Counted from the stretch's first letter, positions 17,325 to 31,040 are shown. The stretch: DNA of 64,000 bases from Oikopleura dioica (GCA_907165135.1 OU015569.1:6758001-6822000); one strand, 5' to 3'. Notes: generated by a model not told the origin, from the letters alone. Translations and numbers: made by a program.

Positions 17325-19770
17325 ATGGCAGTTGTGATCGAGAATAAAGATGCATTCAAGTCTTGGCTGACAGAGACTCTGTCCCCCATCTGTGATGCCG
17401 GTAATGCGGATTTAATTTTGACAATAGCTAACGCATTTTGATAGACCCAAAAGCGCTTGCTAAATACGTGCTTGCGCTTATCGTCAAGAAAGATCAGTCC
17501 GAAAAGGAAATTCGCAAATTATGCTCGGATCAGCTTGAAGTCTTCCTTCAGCGCGATACGGAGCGCTTTATTGACAAGCTTTTTTATACGATCAAATACA
17601 AGGACTACTTGAAGGTAATGCAATTTTAGAAAGTTGTAGTTTGACTCTTATTTAGGATACAAGCAAGGAACCGTCTAAAGACTCGTCTTCGCGAGATCGA
17701 AAACGAGATCGAAGTCCTCGTCGCCGAAGCCGCTCGCGAGATCGAGGTGATCGTCGACGACGGAGCCGTTCGAGAGAGCGACGGCGAAGATCCCGATCGC
17801 GTGATAGAAGATCGTATGTATTCCTCAATAATATAAGAAATCAACATAGCATTCAGTCGATCCAGATCTCCCCGAAGAAAGTCTTCGGACAAGGTGAACA
17901 CTCATCGAGCGCAATCGCGTTCCCCGCCTCGTTCCAAAACTACGAAGACGAGTCAGAACGGAAGCTCCAAAAAGAGGGACCCCTGCACTGACTACCACGA
18001 AAAGGGTTACTGCCTAGCTGTAAGTATTTTATTCTGTGAATAGTTCCTATGTTTTATAGGGAGATCAATGCACCTTCGATCACGGTGAAGACGCAATCTC
18101 CATTGACTCCGCCAAGCCGCCACCACTGCCAAACATGTCTCTTCCACCTGTCCCCCCTAACATGCCACCACCTCCTCACATGGTAAGGATGTTACGCCGA
18201 AATCAAGCTTAATCGTCATAGATTCCTCCTGGAATGCCTCCAATCCCACCGTTCGGTCTTCCACCTGTACCACCCGTAGGAATACCTCCTTTTGCTCCAC
18301 CTAATATGCCGCCTCCTGTTGTGCAAGGTTTAACAAGAACTAAAAATGGCAATGCGCCAGGCCAAATTTCAAGGACCGTTCTTAATCCTCAGCAAGGATG
18401 CAGGTAAAAACAGTTTCTTAGAATATTGAAGGAATCGTTTCATTTTCAGTCTTGAAGTTCGAAAGATTCCTGTTCACGAAAACACTATTCAAAAACTCAA
18501 CGATCACTTTTCGAAGTTTGGTCAAATTACAAATATCCAGGTACTAATTAATATTCACGCAAATATTTCACACTTGTCCCCAAGGTAGCCTTTGGGCACC
18601 CAGAGAACGCGCTCGTCCAATTTGCGTCGGCGGAAATGGCCAACCGTGCGTATCAATCGCCCGAGCCTGTGCTTAACAATCGCTTCGTGCGCGTTTTCTT
18701 CTACCGACCGCCACCAGCACAGGTGCAAAAGGGCAATATTGGCCAGCGCGTTGCTCGAAAACGCCCTAACTCAGAGAACGCTGAAGAAACCACCGCGATT
18801 GATGAAACCACTATCGGCGAAATCAAGCGAACTGTCACTAATGTCACTGTCGAAGGAACAGATTACAAAAGAACAATCTTTGAAATTATATTTTTTTCTC
18901 AGTGAGATAAAGTTTTGTAATCCCCAAGAAGAACCCAAGATTGTCGAAGAAGCAAGAAACAAACAAAAAGAGAAGCGATCAGAAGCTGTTCAAAAGGTTA
19001 ATTACTATCCACTTTTAACATGTTCCAACAAAACTACTTCAGAGCATCGATTTGAGAAATCAGTACACTGGCCTTTTAGAAGGACAACAAGCCGAGCAGA
19101 AAATGTTGATTAAAATGCTAGAGAAGGGCAACTTAGGGCCGAAGAAGCGCCAAGTCGTTCTTGACACTCTAAAGCAGTTGACTAACTCCATTGATCAACG
19201 AAGATCCTCGATAAAAGCGCTAGAAAGAGACATTGAGCTCTCTGAGAGACGTCAAGCGAAGGTAAACTTCTGATGTTAGTTTAAGAGCTAATGAAAATTA
19301 AGGCTGAGCTGCGGCGGCCTCGTTCTCAACGTTTTGCGCAAACTGCTACCCTTGACCGACGACCGCGGCAGCTGCGAATCACCGGCTTCAAAGAGAGCGA
19401 GCGCGACGAGTGCATTACGCATTTTGCCCAGTTCGGAGAGATCGCCGATATCTCGTTCGAGGAGGAAGGTGTCACCATGATTGTTGAGTACAGGACTAGA
19501 CAGCAGGCAGAAAGTGCTGAGAACCGGGGAAAATCGTTCAATGGTAAGAATTGTATGTTCGTCGCTTCGTTTAATTGATGGATTCCAGGGCGACAGTTGG
19601 TGCTTGTTTGGCATAAGCAAGAAGAAGGAGATGGCGAAGATGATCAGCGGGATGAACAGGACATCGAAGATATCGAAGATATCAATGACACTCTCGATCT
19701 CGAGTCAACCCTTGATTCCGCTAAACCTGAAGCGGAAGCTGAAGAAGAGGAAGTATTGGCAGCGAACTAG
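17325..19770 (+). CDS. RBM26: RNA-binding protein 26/27 homolog (PWI, CCCH zinc finger, two RRMs)
   Basis: PWI FKSWLTETLSPICDADPKALAKYVLAL, an RS-rich segment, CTDYHEKGYCLAGDQCTFDHG, RRM ..FSKFGQITNIQV..LNNRFVRVF, and a second RRM DRRPRQLRITGF. RBM26 and RBM27 cannot be told apart. Confidence 0.88.
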
Positions 19771-20283
19771 CGCTGTTTTTGGTTTATCGACTGTTATTAT
19801 TTTAAATCTGACTGATCCTTTACTACCAAGTTCTCCTCTCCTGAACTACATCTGAAAGCTTCATGAATTCAATGTCACTTATTTTTGGCCATTTGAATAC
19901 GCGTCCACAAGTAATGCATTTTCACCTGATAATTTACTATTTGACTAAGACAATGACACCTTAAAGTTTCACCCTTCGTAGCTGATTTTTATTGTATTTA
20001 ACAGTAATCGTGCGCACTCATGTTATCGTCCCCTTCCGACTTTAGTCCCCGTCTAGTCTATTCATCGTGCATCGAATGGCGCTTAAATTGAGTCCATTTT
20101 GCATATTTTTTTTATATAACAGAAGCCAGTGTGGTTACTGTTTATAGATTAATTAATTTGGTCTTACAAATCAATTACTGTCATACGTACGTTTTCTCAT
20201 GTATCGGCACTCCTTCAGTACTATTTTTTATTCGACCCAAAGAGCAATAAAAGTGATGCACGTTATTTCAAAAGCCGTTCGCG

Positions 20284-20629
20284 AAAAGATCTGGCGTTAA
20301 ACATTGCCAGCACTTGAAAAGATAGTAACCGCAAAATAAATTATCGATTATCAAGTGTAGATTATTCAAAAGACCTGGTCTGGCAGCCAGCATTAAACTT
20401 GTAGATACACAAAACAATGTACTTTCCCCGAGTCTTAAATTAGAGAAAAACCGGGACTGTGCATTCGTTATCGAAATAATGCCACACTCGATTTCGAAGA
20501 GTTTTACATGTCAAAAAAAGATCCGGGTAAAGCACAAAAACCGGCAACTAATCGCCCAAAAGATCCAGTGAACATAGATCTGGCCTAGACTTGTGGCGCT
20601 AAATATTCCGGTTTAGCGAAAAGATCCGC
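20284..20629 (+). promoter_or_regulatory. Cluster of AAAAGATCYG-like motifs upstream of attractin
   Basis: Copies at about 20284, 20368, 20516, 20558, 20574 and 20619, all in the same orientation. Function inferred only. Confidence 0.35.
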
Positions 20630-20816
20630 TTCTTGCGGCACATGATTCTTTTACTACTTTTTATTGTCCATGCGTTAGTATCGTTTTCGTTGAGCTGAAA
20701 TAAACGGTAAACCATTTAGACTCTCAAGCGTGTCTGATTTTCGCGATTTCCTGCCGAGTTGACCTTTACTCGGCCGGATCACTGTCAAAAATGAGGAACT
20801 ACGACACGCATGCTAG

Positions 20817-23800
20817 ATGATTCGCTTCTTTACGCTAAATGGCCTACTCGCCACACTCGTCCTCGTTCTAGCCAGGGGATCGTACGACTCTATCTCCACA
20901 AGGTACACGAATAATGTCCGGACATAGTTTTTAGCCATTTTCTAGCGATGGTAGCCGTAAAAACTGCAACCGAAAATGCGAAAACGGCGGGAGTTGTGCG
21001 ATCACGACCAGCGGTACGCAGTACTGTGAGTGCGCGCCCGGCTGGACCGGCGAAGATTGCTCCATGTGCTCCGGACGAGTAGAGATGCAAGCGTACAACG
21101 AGCTGCAACAGATTCACGACGGAAATCAGAACTACTCAAGTCACCAAAACGCAAAATGCTCGTGGTTGGTAAGAGCCGAGCTTGACGATGCTGAGAAGCC
21201 ACTTCCAATCGAGATAAATGTGACCTTTTTCGAAACTGAATGCGGCTGGGATCACTTGTACATATACGATGGCACGTCTTCGTTAAAATCGACTTTACTC
21301 GCCTCCCTCTGCGGAATTTCGAACAATCCTCCGCTCCTTTACGCAACATCTGGTCATGCATTTCTTCATTTTTATTCCGACATGGCATACAACATGTCTG
21401 GCTTCGATTTAACCATCCGTTCAATTCCAAAGATTCCCGAGCCTCTCAATCCCTTACCAGCGTTAGTCGAAAATACAGCCTTTGGACTGCTCACTCTTGA
21501 CCGATCTATTCTACCAGAAGAAATGATTGCTCGATCGCTGCCATCATCTGCGCGAATAGGAGCAAAGATATTCTTTTGGGGAGGCTATCAGTTCCCGGAC
21601 GTAACAACTGCTCCTGATAATGCAACTTGGCTGATCGACATAGACGCGGCCATTGAGCCGAAGAAATTACAATACTCTTCTCCCCCAATACGATATGGCG
21701 CCCCAATGACCATTTTCAAGGAAAAACTGGCTTTAATCTATGGAGGAGCAAAATTTCCAGATTATCACCTGTTCAACGATCTATGGGTTCTCGACACTTC
21801 GCAAAACATCGGCTGGACTCAAGCAAAAGCGACCCCATACTCAGATGATCAGACAGAGGAAAAACTTTTTACAATGTCTGGCCATTCGATGGTTACTGTA
21901 ACTTTTGGAAACGGCACTGAGTTGATTCTCTGTTTTGGTGGATATGTCGGAGATGCTGGCTTCGTCTCTTTGACAATCGAGTTCATTCCCCACGATGAGA
22001 AGATCGATCAGCTACTCTTTCGATATCCAGAAACGCTTGGTTTCCGAGTTCCTGGCAGTTACGGTCATTCTTCCGTCGTTGACCCAGAAAACCCAACTCA
22101 TGTATATTTGTATGGAGGATTTCAAAACAATAATGTGCGGAACGAGTTGGTTTTATATGACGCAACGAGTAGAATTTTCAGCCAACTGAGAACAGCTGAG
22201 ACAGCGTCGAGAAGGTGGCTTCATGGAGGCGGCATTGTCAATCGTCACTTGATCTTTCTTTCTGGCAACGCACACACTGATTCTACTCACAGCTCGGGTA
22301 CCCTCTGTTTCTCTGATGAAATTCTGCTCTATTCGATTGAATGTGGAAAATGGACTACTTTTAAGTCTTCAGCCAAGTGGTTTCCTCGATATGGCTCAAC
22401 GGCTCTTTCGTTTGAAGATCGGATTATGCTCATCGGAGGCTATAACGGAGAGTTGAAGAATGAGATCATCACCTTTGCCCCTTCCCAGATCCCAAATGAG
22501 TGTTCAGTTGTGACGAGAACGAATGACGATTCATGTGAACGCGTTGAGCATCCTTTTGCCGAGAGTACCTACTGTAGCTCGTGTGTATATAAAAACAGTC
22601 AGCGTGATGACGGATGTCATTATTGTGAGGATTCGTCTGCGCCTGACAAAGATAGCTGCGCTGCGTCGCCGGAGAAGGGATATAGAAACACGAATAAATG
22701 TTACAGCAACGTCCGCGACTGCCCAGATTTTAAACAGTGGACATGTAGCCTATCCCATAAACGCTGTACTTCGTGTATAACATCTGGCTGCTCCTACGTT
22801 GTGAAAAGGTAGCAATATTCTTAACCATTTTTCTTAAATGGACTTAGTGATAATGAGAAACGACACTACAGCTGTATCTTGCCGGAATCGCTATCAACAA
22901 CGAGCAATATCACTCGGCACAATACTCTTGATTCTTGTCTAAAAGGTACAGACACGACAGAATTCGAGTGTGGAGTCTTTAAAACTTGTGGCGAATGCGT
23001 CGGCGAAAAGAATAATTCTTCTTGTATGTGGTGCGGAAGACTTGGTGTCTGCGTCAGCAATGAGGCTTATGTTACGTCTTTTCCATTTGGGCAATGCTTT
23101 GAGTGGTTTAACAAAGATCACTGCGATAAGACAGAATGCGGAGGACACAAAACCTGTAAAAGCTGCCAAAGCGATCCTCGTTGTGGTTGGTGTGATGACG
23201 GAACGCAAACTGGATCCGGCACCTGCATGGATGGAACCCTATGTAAGTTGTTAATACATAGGAAGATTTTAACCTTCTTTAGTCGGCTCTAGTAAATCCG
23301 CTACCTCTGTCTGTCCGGCTAACAACTGGTTTTGGATCCATTGCCCGAGTTGTAACTGCTCTGGTCACTCCAAGTGCGACCGTAACAACCAAAACGTCTG
23401 CTTAAACTGCGCACAAGAAAACACAGCTGGTGCAAACTGCGAACGTTGCGCGGTAAGCGAAATCATATATGAATGCATTATCAATTGTTATTACTAGGAG
23501 GGCTACCACGGCAATGCATTGAATGGTGGAATTTGCGAAGAGTGTAAATGTTCTAAGAACAGCAAGGGCTGTGATTATAAAACTGGCAAGTGTCACTGCA
23601 CCACGAAAGGCATTTCTGGCAAACATTGTGACGAAGTAAGTCTTTGCCTTTTTATCTGTCCTAAATTTTCTAGTGCAATATCGGGAATAAATACTGGGGC
23701 GATCCAGAAAACTCCTCCTGCTATTACAATATCACTGGTGCATATGCATACAGCTTCCGTTTGAATAAAGACGACGACAAGTAAGTTAGCCGATGAATAA

Positions 23801-24843
23801 ACGGAATTTAAAATGCATCGGTTTAGAGCTGTCACAGCGCTGAATTGTCATGTTATTGAGCTGAAAGAGGAACCGGATATTGAAGTCGAAGTTACCATCG
23901 ACGACAATGCTGAAGGTATCGATGGAGCTCAGTGAGGCATCAGTTTACTTTTTTTAGGTTTCAATATGACAAACAAATTCTTCATGGTGAATGTAACGAC
24001 ATTTTTGCCCAACGAGAAAGAAGTGCTCATCAATGGCTCAACTAATGCAACAAAAAAATACGTTCTCAATGTATCACATAAAGAGTACAAGTTTGGGAAC
24101 GAAACCCAGCGCGCAATGCGTATTTATATCCATGATTTTTCTACACCAATATTCATCAAAGTATGATATTAATCCAGTTTCGTGAGCTAACAACAGTCTT
24201 TACAGGTTCAAGTACGCCAACAGAGCAGAATGAGTTTGTTGACGTTCTTTTTGGTGTTTTTCGCTTGCTTCCTATCCCTGCTTTTGCTCGCTGTTATAGG
24301 CTGGAAGGTAAAATAGAAAAGAGTTGACGTGGGCCCTTGCTGACTACTTTCTAGTTGAAAACAATGTACGACCTGTATCTGCAACGTCGAGCGGTTTTGA
24401 ACGAGATGCGCGAAATGGCAGCGCGTCCATTTGCTCAAGTTCATCTCTCAACCGAGAAAACCATTGTTGACGAGCCACCCCAGCCTGTTTGCTACGAAAT
24501 ACTCGAAGACCAATCTGCGGCAGTCGCAACTTCATTTCTTCTCTTTCCCCGGCACCCTGATGGCTCGCCTCCTGTTGGATTATCATCCCTTTGCTTTGGC
24601 TCAGTTATGATAGCCGTAATTAACCACCACTGTTAGCGTTAGAGTAACGTGTTTTTTAGTTCGAGGAGAAATTCGAGCAAAACCTACTACTGCCTGTGCC
24701 ACCGGCGCTTTCACGCGACGGTGTCGACAATCCAACTTGTACCGATATTGCCCCCACGCCGACCTAGTTTTACCTATTTTCAACAGAAACTGAACATGTC
24801 TCCTGACCGTTCAGCGCGATCAAAAAACAATCACTTCTACTAA
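20817..24843 (+). CDS. ATRN: Attractin / attractin-like type I membrane protein
   Basis: Signal peptide MIRFFTLNGLLATLVLVLA, EGF, CUB (FFETECGWDHLYIYDG), kelch repeats, PSI domains, laminin-EGF, TM LLTFFLVFFACFLSLLLLAVIGWK, and cytoplasmic EMREMAARPFAQV. Confidence 0.93.
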
Positions 24844-25435
24844 GCGAGATTTTACCTGCCGAATAAAGTAGCTATTACTACCGATGGACGATTTTGTTCA
24901 ATCCTGAAGTTCCATCTGCATCTAACACTACATTTACGAAAAGAAAACACTCGAAAATCTCTTAATTTCTGTATAATAACTATGCTCGTTCAAAAGAATA
25001 CACTGAGATCATATATAATTTAATCCTTGAGCTCGGTTTTTTTGTTTTCCTTTGCAAGGCATGTGCATGAGTATCCAGAGTCCAAATGCTTCTGAATTCA
25101 GAAAAAGCAACATGATAACGAGGATACCTTTGAGAATAAGCGCCGTTAGGCTTCTCGGCCGCACTGCTCGAGATCCAACCAAAGCGATCAAATTTATAGC
25201 TGGAACGCTGGTCGCTTCTGTTTGGATTCAGATCATCCGTCAGTAATGGTTTTTCCCGGTCGTGTGTTATTTCTCGCTCGAGTATAGTATTCATATTTAC
25301 TCTTAGTATAAAACCAATGCTCAGTGCAACGCGCGTTCCCAATATTGTAGGACAGATAGTACCGGCGCAGGACGCGGCGAGTCGAACGACCAAGGACTTT
25401 TCAAAATTAAGTCGACCCCGTTAGATGATCAAAAG

Positions 25436-27499
25436 TTGCTTGGCTCACGATCTGCTGTAGTCGAGTCTTTATGGAATGATGTTGAGAATGGATTTCTTCC
25501 CTTACAAAAGTTTTCGCATGTGTTGAAAGAGCACGATCTCAATTGCTGGTTAAACTTCTATCGCCTTTTTCGGCCTGATGATATTGCTGAATTTATGGCT
25601 CAATTGAAGCAAGATGTAAACAGCCACGGGCTATCAGAATATAACTACAGTTACTAAAATATTCTTTCGGAGTATACCATTTTTTATCCCGAACAAGTGC
25701 AATGCAAGCAGTAGATCGTATGAAAGAATTTTTCTCTTCTGAAAATTGTGAGATTATTTACGGAGAACGACATGTGCAAAGCTGGGAGTGGAACACTGCA
25801 GCGATTCCTTTTTCTTTCAAAAGCTTTTCTGAATTCGCAAGATTTCTCTCAGAGTCAGAAATAAAATTTCAATGGCTTAGGAATAGTTTTCATATACGCG
25901 AATAAAAGATAGCATACTGAACTTATGGAAATTTCTCAAAGTTGCCTTAGTGAATACAGTAGTCTTGTAGCACCGGAAACGAAGACACCGACTGACGATC
26001 TCATCCGTAAGCTGCAATTTCGATCATCAGATGAGCATCTGATCCGCATGCCACCTCGTCAACTTTCGAGTTACGTAGAAGATGATAGTCATCGGCTTAT
26101 GCCATGCTTCACCAAATTCCAAATAGAACGGATAGATCACTACACGTAAATGAAAGTTATGTTACACTGGTAGTTTTAACTTTTTAAGCGACTCATCAGT
26201 TGTTACTCTGTTACTGGATCGCCGTCTCATTCTACCTACGAGAGCTCCGATAAACAACCTACAAGAAGCGGAGATGAAAACTTATTGGAGAGACTCTAAC
26301 ACGCCTCACCACATTTTCAAAGAGCCTCACATCGAAAGACTTAGAATCGTTCATAAATTTAATGAACATGGAAAAATCATTCAGTGGTTGTGGCACTATG
26401 AAGATAATGACATCTCAGAGCTTCCTATTTTGTCGCCAGTGGGTAAGTTATTATCTTTATCAAAATGCATGCCTATAGTTAGGGGCTACTAACTTCTGAT
26501 TTCATAAACGTTCATAATACTAAAATCTCTTGAAGATAAATTCTACCAAGACGTCCATTTAAAAATCACGACTTATCTAAATGAGTACAATGAAGAAAGA
26601 ATCAGTCGAGCTGCAAACTCAACTCATGTCAACCAAAATACGGAACTTTCTAGACTGTTTGGCATTTCTCCTAAAACAATTGCTATCTCTAAAATTGAAA
26701 ACTTTGACAATTCGCAAAAAGCAGCGACACTAGCTGATAAATTGTCTTCGAAAATGTATCCTCCGTGTTTCTTTTAACTCCTATTTTAGAATGGTTAAAA
26801 GAAAAGTAAAGAAAGAGCGAAAATTGAGTGAGTACCAACATGGACTGCCTTGCTTAGCAAAGATTAAAGGGTATCCGTGGTGGCCCTCGAGAATCGATTT
26901 CGTCAGAGCTTCGCAATGTCCTCATCGTCTACAGGGGCCAGTTCTCATGGCAGAACGCGACTTCAAGTAATTCTCATCAGAACACTCCCTGTCTTAACTA
27001 TAAGTTTTAAGGCACCCTGTTTTCTTTTACGGAACGCACCAGATCTCCTGGATCAACTATGAAAATTTGCGACCGCTAGATTTTGAAAAGGCCAAGGAAT
27101 ATTGTGATGGTAGAAAAAGAACAACAAAAAAGCTGAAGATAGCTTTCCAGGTACAAGAAAAGTTGCCTAATAATCTTCCTTTTATATCTTTACTTACAGG
27201 AGGCGCTGACCAAACCATGGGTAAAGCTTCAATTCGGGGACGAAAACGGAGACTTTGTTAGAAAGGAAAGATCAAAAGTAAGTTCGATTCTTAGCTTTTT
27301 AACATGATTATCAAATCTGAACATCAGAAATTTCTTTTCGCAGTCGCCAATCAATACAATTCTACAGAATACACCTCCAACTAAATCATTATTTTAGACT
27401 CTCGAATGGACTCAAAGATGGATAGATGGCGCGACTGAAGAAGTGGAAAACGAGAATGAAGACTGGCAAGCTTTGACGCGTGTTAAGCCTTTACAGTAA
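25436..27499 (+). CDS. Protein with unknown N-terminal region and C-terminal HDGF-type PWWP domain
   Basis: PWWP at about 26830-27100: [30 protein letters not shown]. Upstream exons are open but unrecognised, so the 5' end is uncertain. Confidence 0.6.
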
Positions 27500-28010
27500 A
27501 AAAAGTATAGAAGTTCTTGAAGGAACGTTGTCACTAGAATATTTTAACTTCTCGCTATGATCACTCTAGGTCACCCTTGTCATAAATTTATATAATCACT
27601 GCCACTGTTCAATATTTTTCAAAATTAACTTTTTTTTTCTAAATAGTTTATCTTCAAGGCCTTCGATTTTTCTTTCGAAATTTCAGCGCAATCACTTTCA
27701 ATATTGTATAGAACGCTGATGAAATGCTTTTTGTAATTATAACTTCTGATGCAATGATTACTCTTTCCGTGCCTGTATTAGTTTTTGACTTATAACGAAG
27801 GTTTTATTCAATTCAATTTTTACAATGCTTAAAACTTAAATCATTATTTTCAGAATGGATTCTTTAGGTTTCGGGTGCTCATCATCGTGATAAATAGTTA
27901 TAAAAATAAGCATTTCGAAATTAGATCATTAATAATTTTAATAATTCAAATTTTGATGAAATTACAGAAGTGCAAGATTATTTTTTATAACTAGAGTCTA
28001 ACTACTAGAC

Positions 28011-29569
28011 TTGCACCCTTTGAAAGCTCGGGATGAGGCAGCGCGTGGGACAAGCTACAGATCTCCATTTCATCATGGGGATCTTGTTTTTGCCAAGATG
28101 CGCGGGTTTCCCTACTGGCCAGCACGAATCGACTGCGTTCGCCCGAAAGACTGCAATATTCGGGAACAAGGAAACATTCCTGACTCAATAGACTTCTGGT
28201 AGAATAATGATATTCTATACACACAAAAATTATCCTAGCTGGCCGATCTTCTTCTTCGGTACTCATCAGATAAGCTGGATCGCTGAATCGAAGCTGAAGA
28301 TGTTCGAAGAAAATAGGGACACTCTCGGAAAAAATAAGCACATCAAAGAAGCGATGAAAGTAAGATTTCTACCAATTCTCTGATTAGGAATTAATTTCAT
28401 TCTAGGAAGCACTGACTAACACGGGTGTAAAGTTTCAATTTGGTGATGGTTCTGGAGAAGTCGTTCCCAAAATGTGGACCCATGGCGACAAAGCAAAGCG
28501 TTGGTTTCGGTACCAATCCGACGAAACATCGTTTGTTACCGAGTGGGACACGCACAACAGGGCGAAAAAAAGAAGACTCGACTCTCCAGAAACATCAAGG
28601 CCTTCAAGCAGCTCAGGATCATCGGTCGAAGCTTCTGAAGAGTTGGAGTCCCCGCGTGAATCACCCGATTTGACCGAAGAGCAATCTGGTACCAACGCAG
28701 AGCCCGTTGAGGTAGAGAATGAGTCAGAAGACGAAGAAGACGTCATTATACAGCGATACAGGAAAGAGCTTACTTTCGAAAATGTCAATTTTGATCTTTT
28801 AAAAATGGCGTAAGACTTGATTCCAAAGCACTGAGATAGAGAGGCGACTCACAAAATCGAAGATCTTTCAGTCGGAGATTTCGTTGGCTGTATGTACGAG
28901 AGCGCGTATTATGGAACTGTGCTCTCTAAAAACGAAGAAGAGAAGACTGTTAACGTCCATTTCTACACGAGAAGCAGCCATCACAAAATCTACATTTCGA
29001 AGAAGAAAGATACAGATACTATTACAGAAAAAAGACAAGGCATGTTTCGATAGATAATTTTTCTTTGAGAAATAACTGACTATTTTCAGGATACATTTTT
29101 TGTCACATCCCCGCAGAAAAAGTACAACACGGCAATACCCAAGTAAGGAAAACAAAAACGATGTTTCTCCTCGACGGCGTCGTCCACGCGGATATCGACT
29201 TGAGTAAGTACTGCTACATTTCAACTTATCGATAACGTTTCGTGGAATTATTGATATCTTTCTAGCTGAAGCAAAATGGCGGCTCTTCACTGCAGAGCTT
29301 AGAGAAGACGAAGATGACATTGAGACCTATACAGATGAGGTTGACCGTTTGACTGATGAAATTGATACATTGAACAGGTAATGATTTCCAAAATGCTGTT
29401 TTTCATCTTACCTTTAAGGTCCACGTACTGCGAAAGATCAACATTCAATGTGCCAATAGGATGTGAGAACCATCTCAGCTTCAACCGGACAAGCACCTCT
29501 GCTAACACTTCTTTCAGCAGCGACGTCACCACTGAAGACGGTGGCCGTGTAGAAGAAGCAGATAAATGA
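28011..29569 (+). CDS. HDGF-type PWWP protein with acidic linker and a Tudor-like barrel
   Basis: [33 protein letters not shown], a Ser/Glu-rich linker, then [32 protein letters not shown]. The start codon was not located. Confidence 0.68.
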
Positions 29570-31040
29570 CCCTTGATGTTAAACCAGAAAAACGACCCTG
29601 TAGATAACCGGCCCTCATCTTTTCTACACCTGCCTAAATTGAAAGAATCCTTATTTAGTTTCCTTTTAATTTTAATCCACTTCCTCGCTTTTTATGATTG
29701 AAATTTCCCTTATCTTCCGTAAATTTCTTTTACTGTTATTTTCTTGAAATATTTTTAACTCGCACTGTCAATTGATTATTTCGTTAATTTTATCTTTGAT
29801 ATTCCGTGATCCCTACTTAGAACACCTTACACAGAATTGCGACCCTGCGTAATAAAACAAAGCAACTTCATATTTCACTTGATCAAATCATCACTGTGAC
29901 TTGATTGATGTTTTTTACATTTGCTTCTACGCAGGGGAATTTTAACGATAGCATCAATTCGCAGGAAATGTGCTTGATTGGAAATTTTGCGATGTTTGAT
30001 TTGGTTTCTTCTTATTTGTCTTTGCGGACCCCGAAATGGTCGCCTATTCGATGACCGTATCTGTTTGCATGTCAAATCCTTTGAGTCGGCTCTTTTGGGC
30101 ACGCAAAACGAGAGGATCGGCAATCTATGGAAGAGAAGAGAAGCTTTGTCAAAGATCACATGGAATAGCGAAAAGAAAAAGTAAGTCTTATTTTTTGCAA
30201 TGCTCATTAGCGCATACAAAAATTTCTCGTAAGACTAGAGTTGTCTTTTGTCCCAGGGAATCGAATTCAATAGAGCCTTCTTCCGGCGCTGCTCCTTTCT
30301 TCTTCGATCTTTCCACACAATCGCGTTAACACCTCAGTATAAAAAATCTTTTAACGGGGAATGTTTTTATGAAATTCTTGTCGTTTCAAGAGATATTCAA
30401 AGTGTAGCAAAACGAGCATTCACCTTGAGATTGGAGAAGATCAAAGAATCAGCCGCCACTTCGGTGAATCACGCGATTTAAAAAAGGGCCCCTGATCTAG
30501 AAATTCCCAGCAATTCGTGTAACAAACGTCGATTTACAAAAGAGTAAGAAACGTATAAGTTTTCGAGAGCATTTACCTTCGCTTTACTTACTTGAGCAAT
30601 AGTTTCAACACAGTGGCGCTATCATATCTGACAGGTTTCTTAATCCAACTGAGCTTAGTTCCCAAATGTGTATTTTGTTATGTAGCCAGCTAGTTAGTCG
30701 CGAACTTTAATTTTAGCAACGTAAATTCTTTTGACCATCTCATAGTAACTTACTATATGAAAGTGATACCTGGTGTTTTTATTTGTGGCACAATAGCGCT
30801 GTGTTGTCAATCACCGCTCAAGAACTTGAAAGAAAAGGAGCGCCGGTCCACTTTTCTTGTCCTGTCGGACGTGTCGAGCACATCAACGTTTTTTCTCTTC
30901 TTGAATTTTTCATAAAGAAGAGTTTTTGACAGCATACGGAAACGGACGGAGCCAAATTTTCACAATTTCACAGAGATTTTCGGCGGAATTTACAACTTTC
31001 ATTAGGATTGCTGAATTTTTCCCAAACGAAGATCTGACAG

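Noticed and set aside
30757-31010. ATG with hydrophobic N-terminus as start of the Ig protein
   Set aside because: That frame closes before the Ig exons. ATG 31041 has a better signal peptide and splices in frame.
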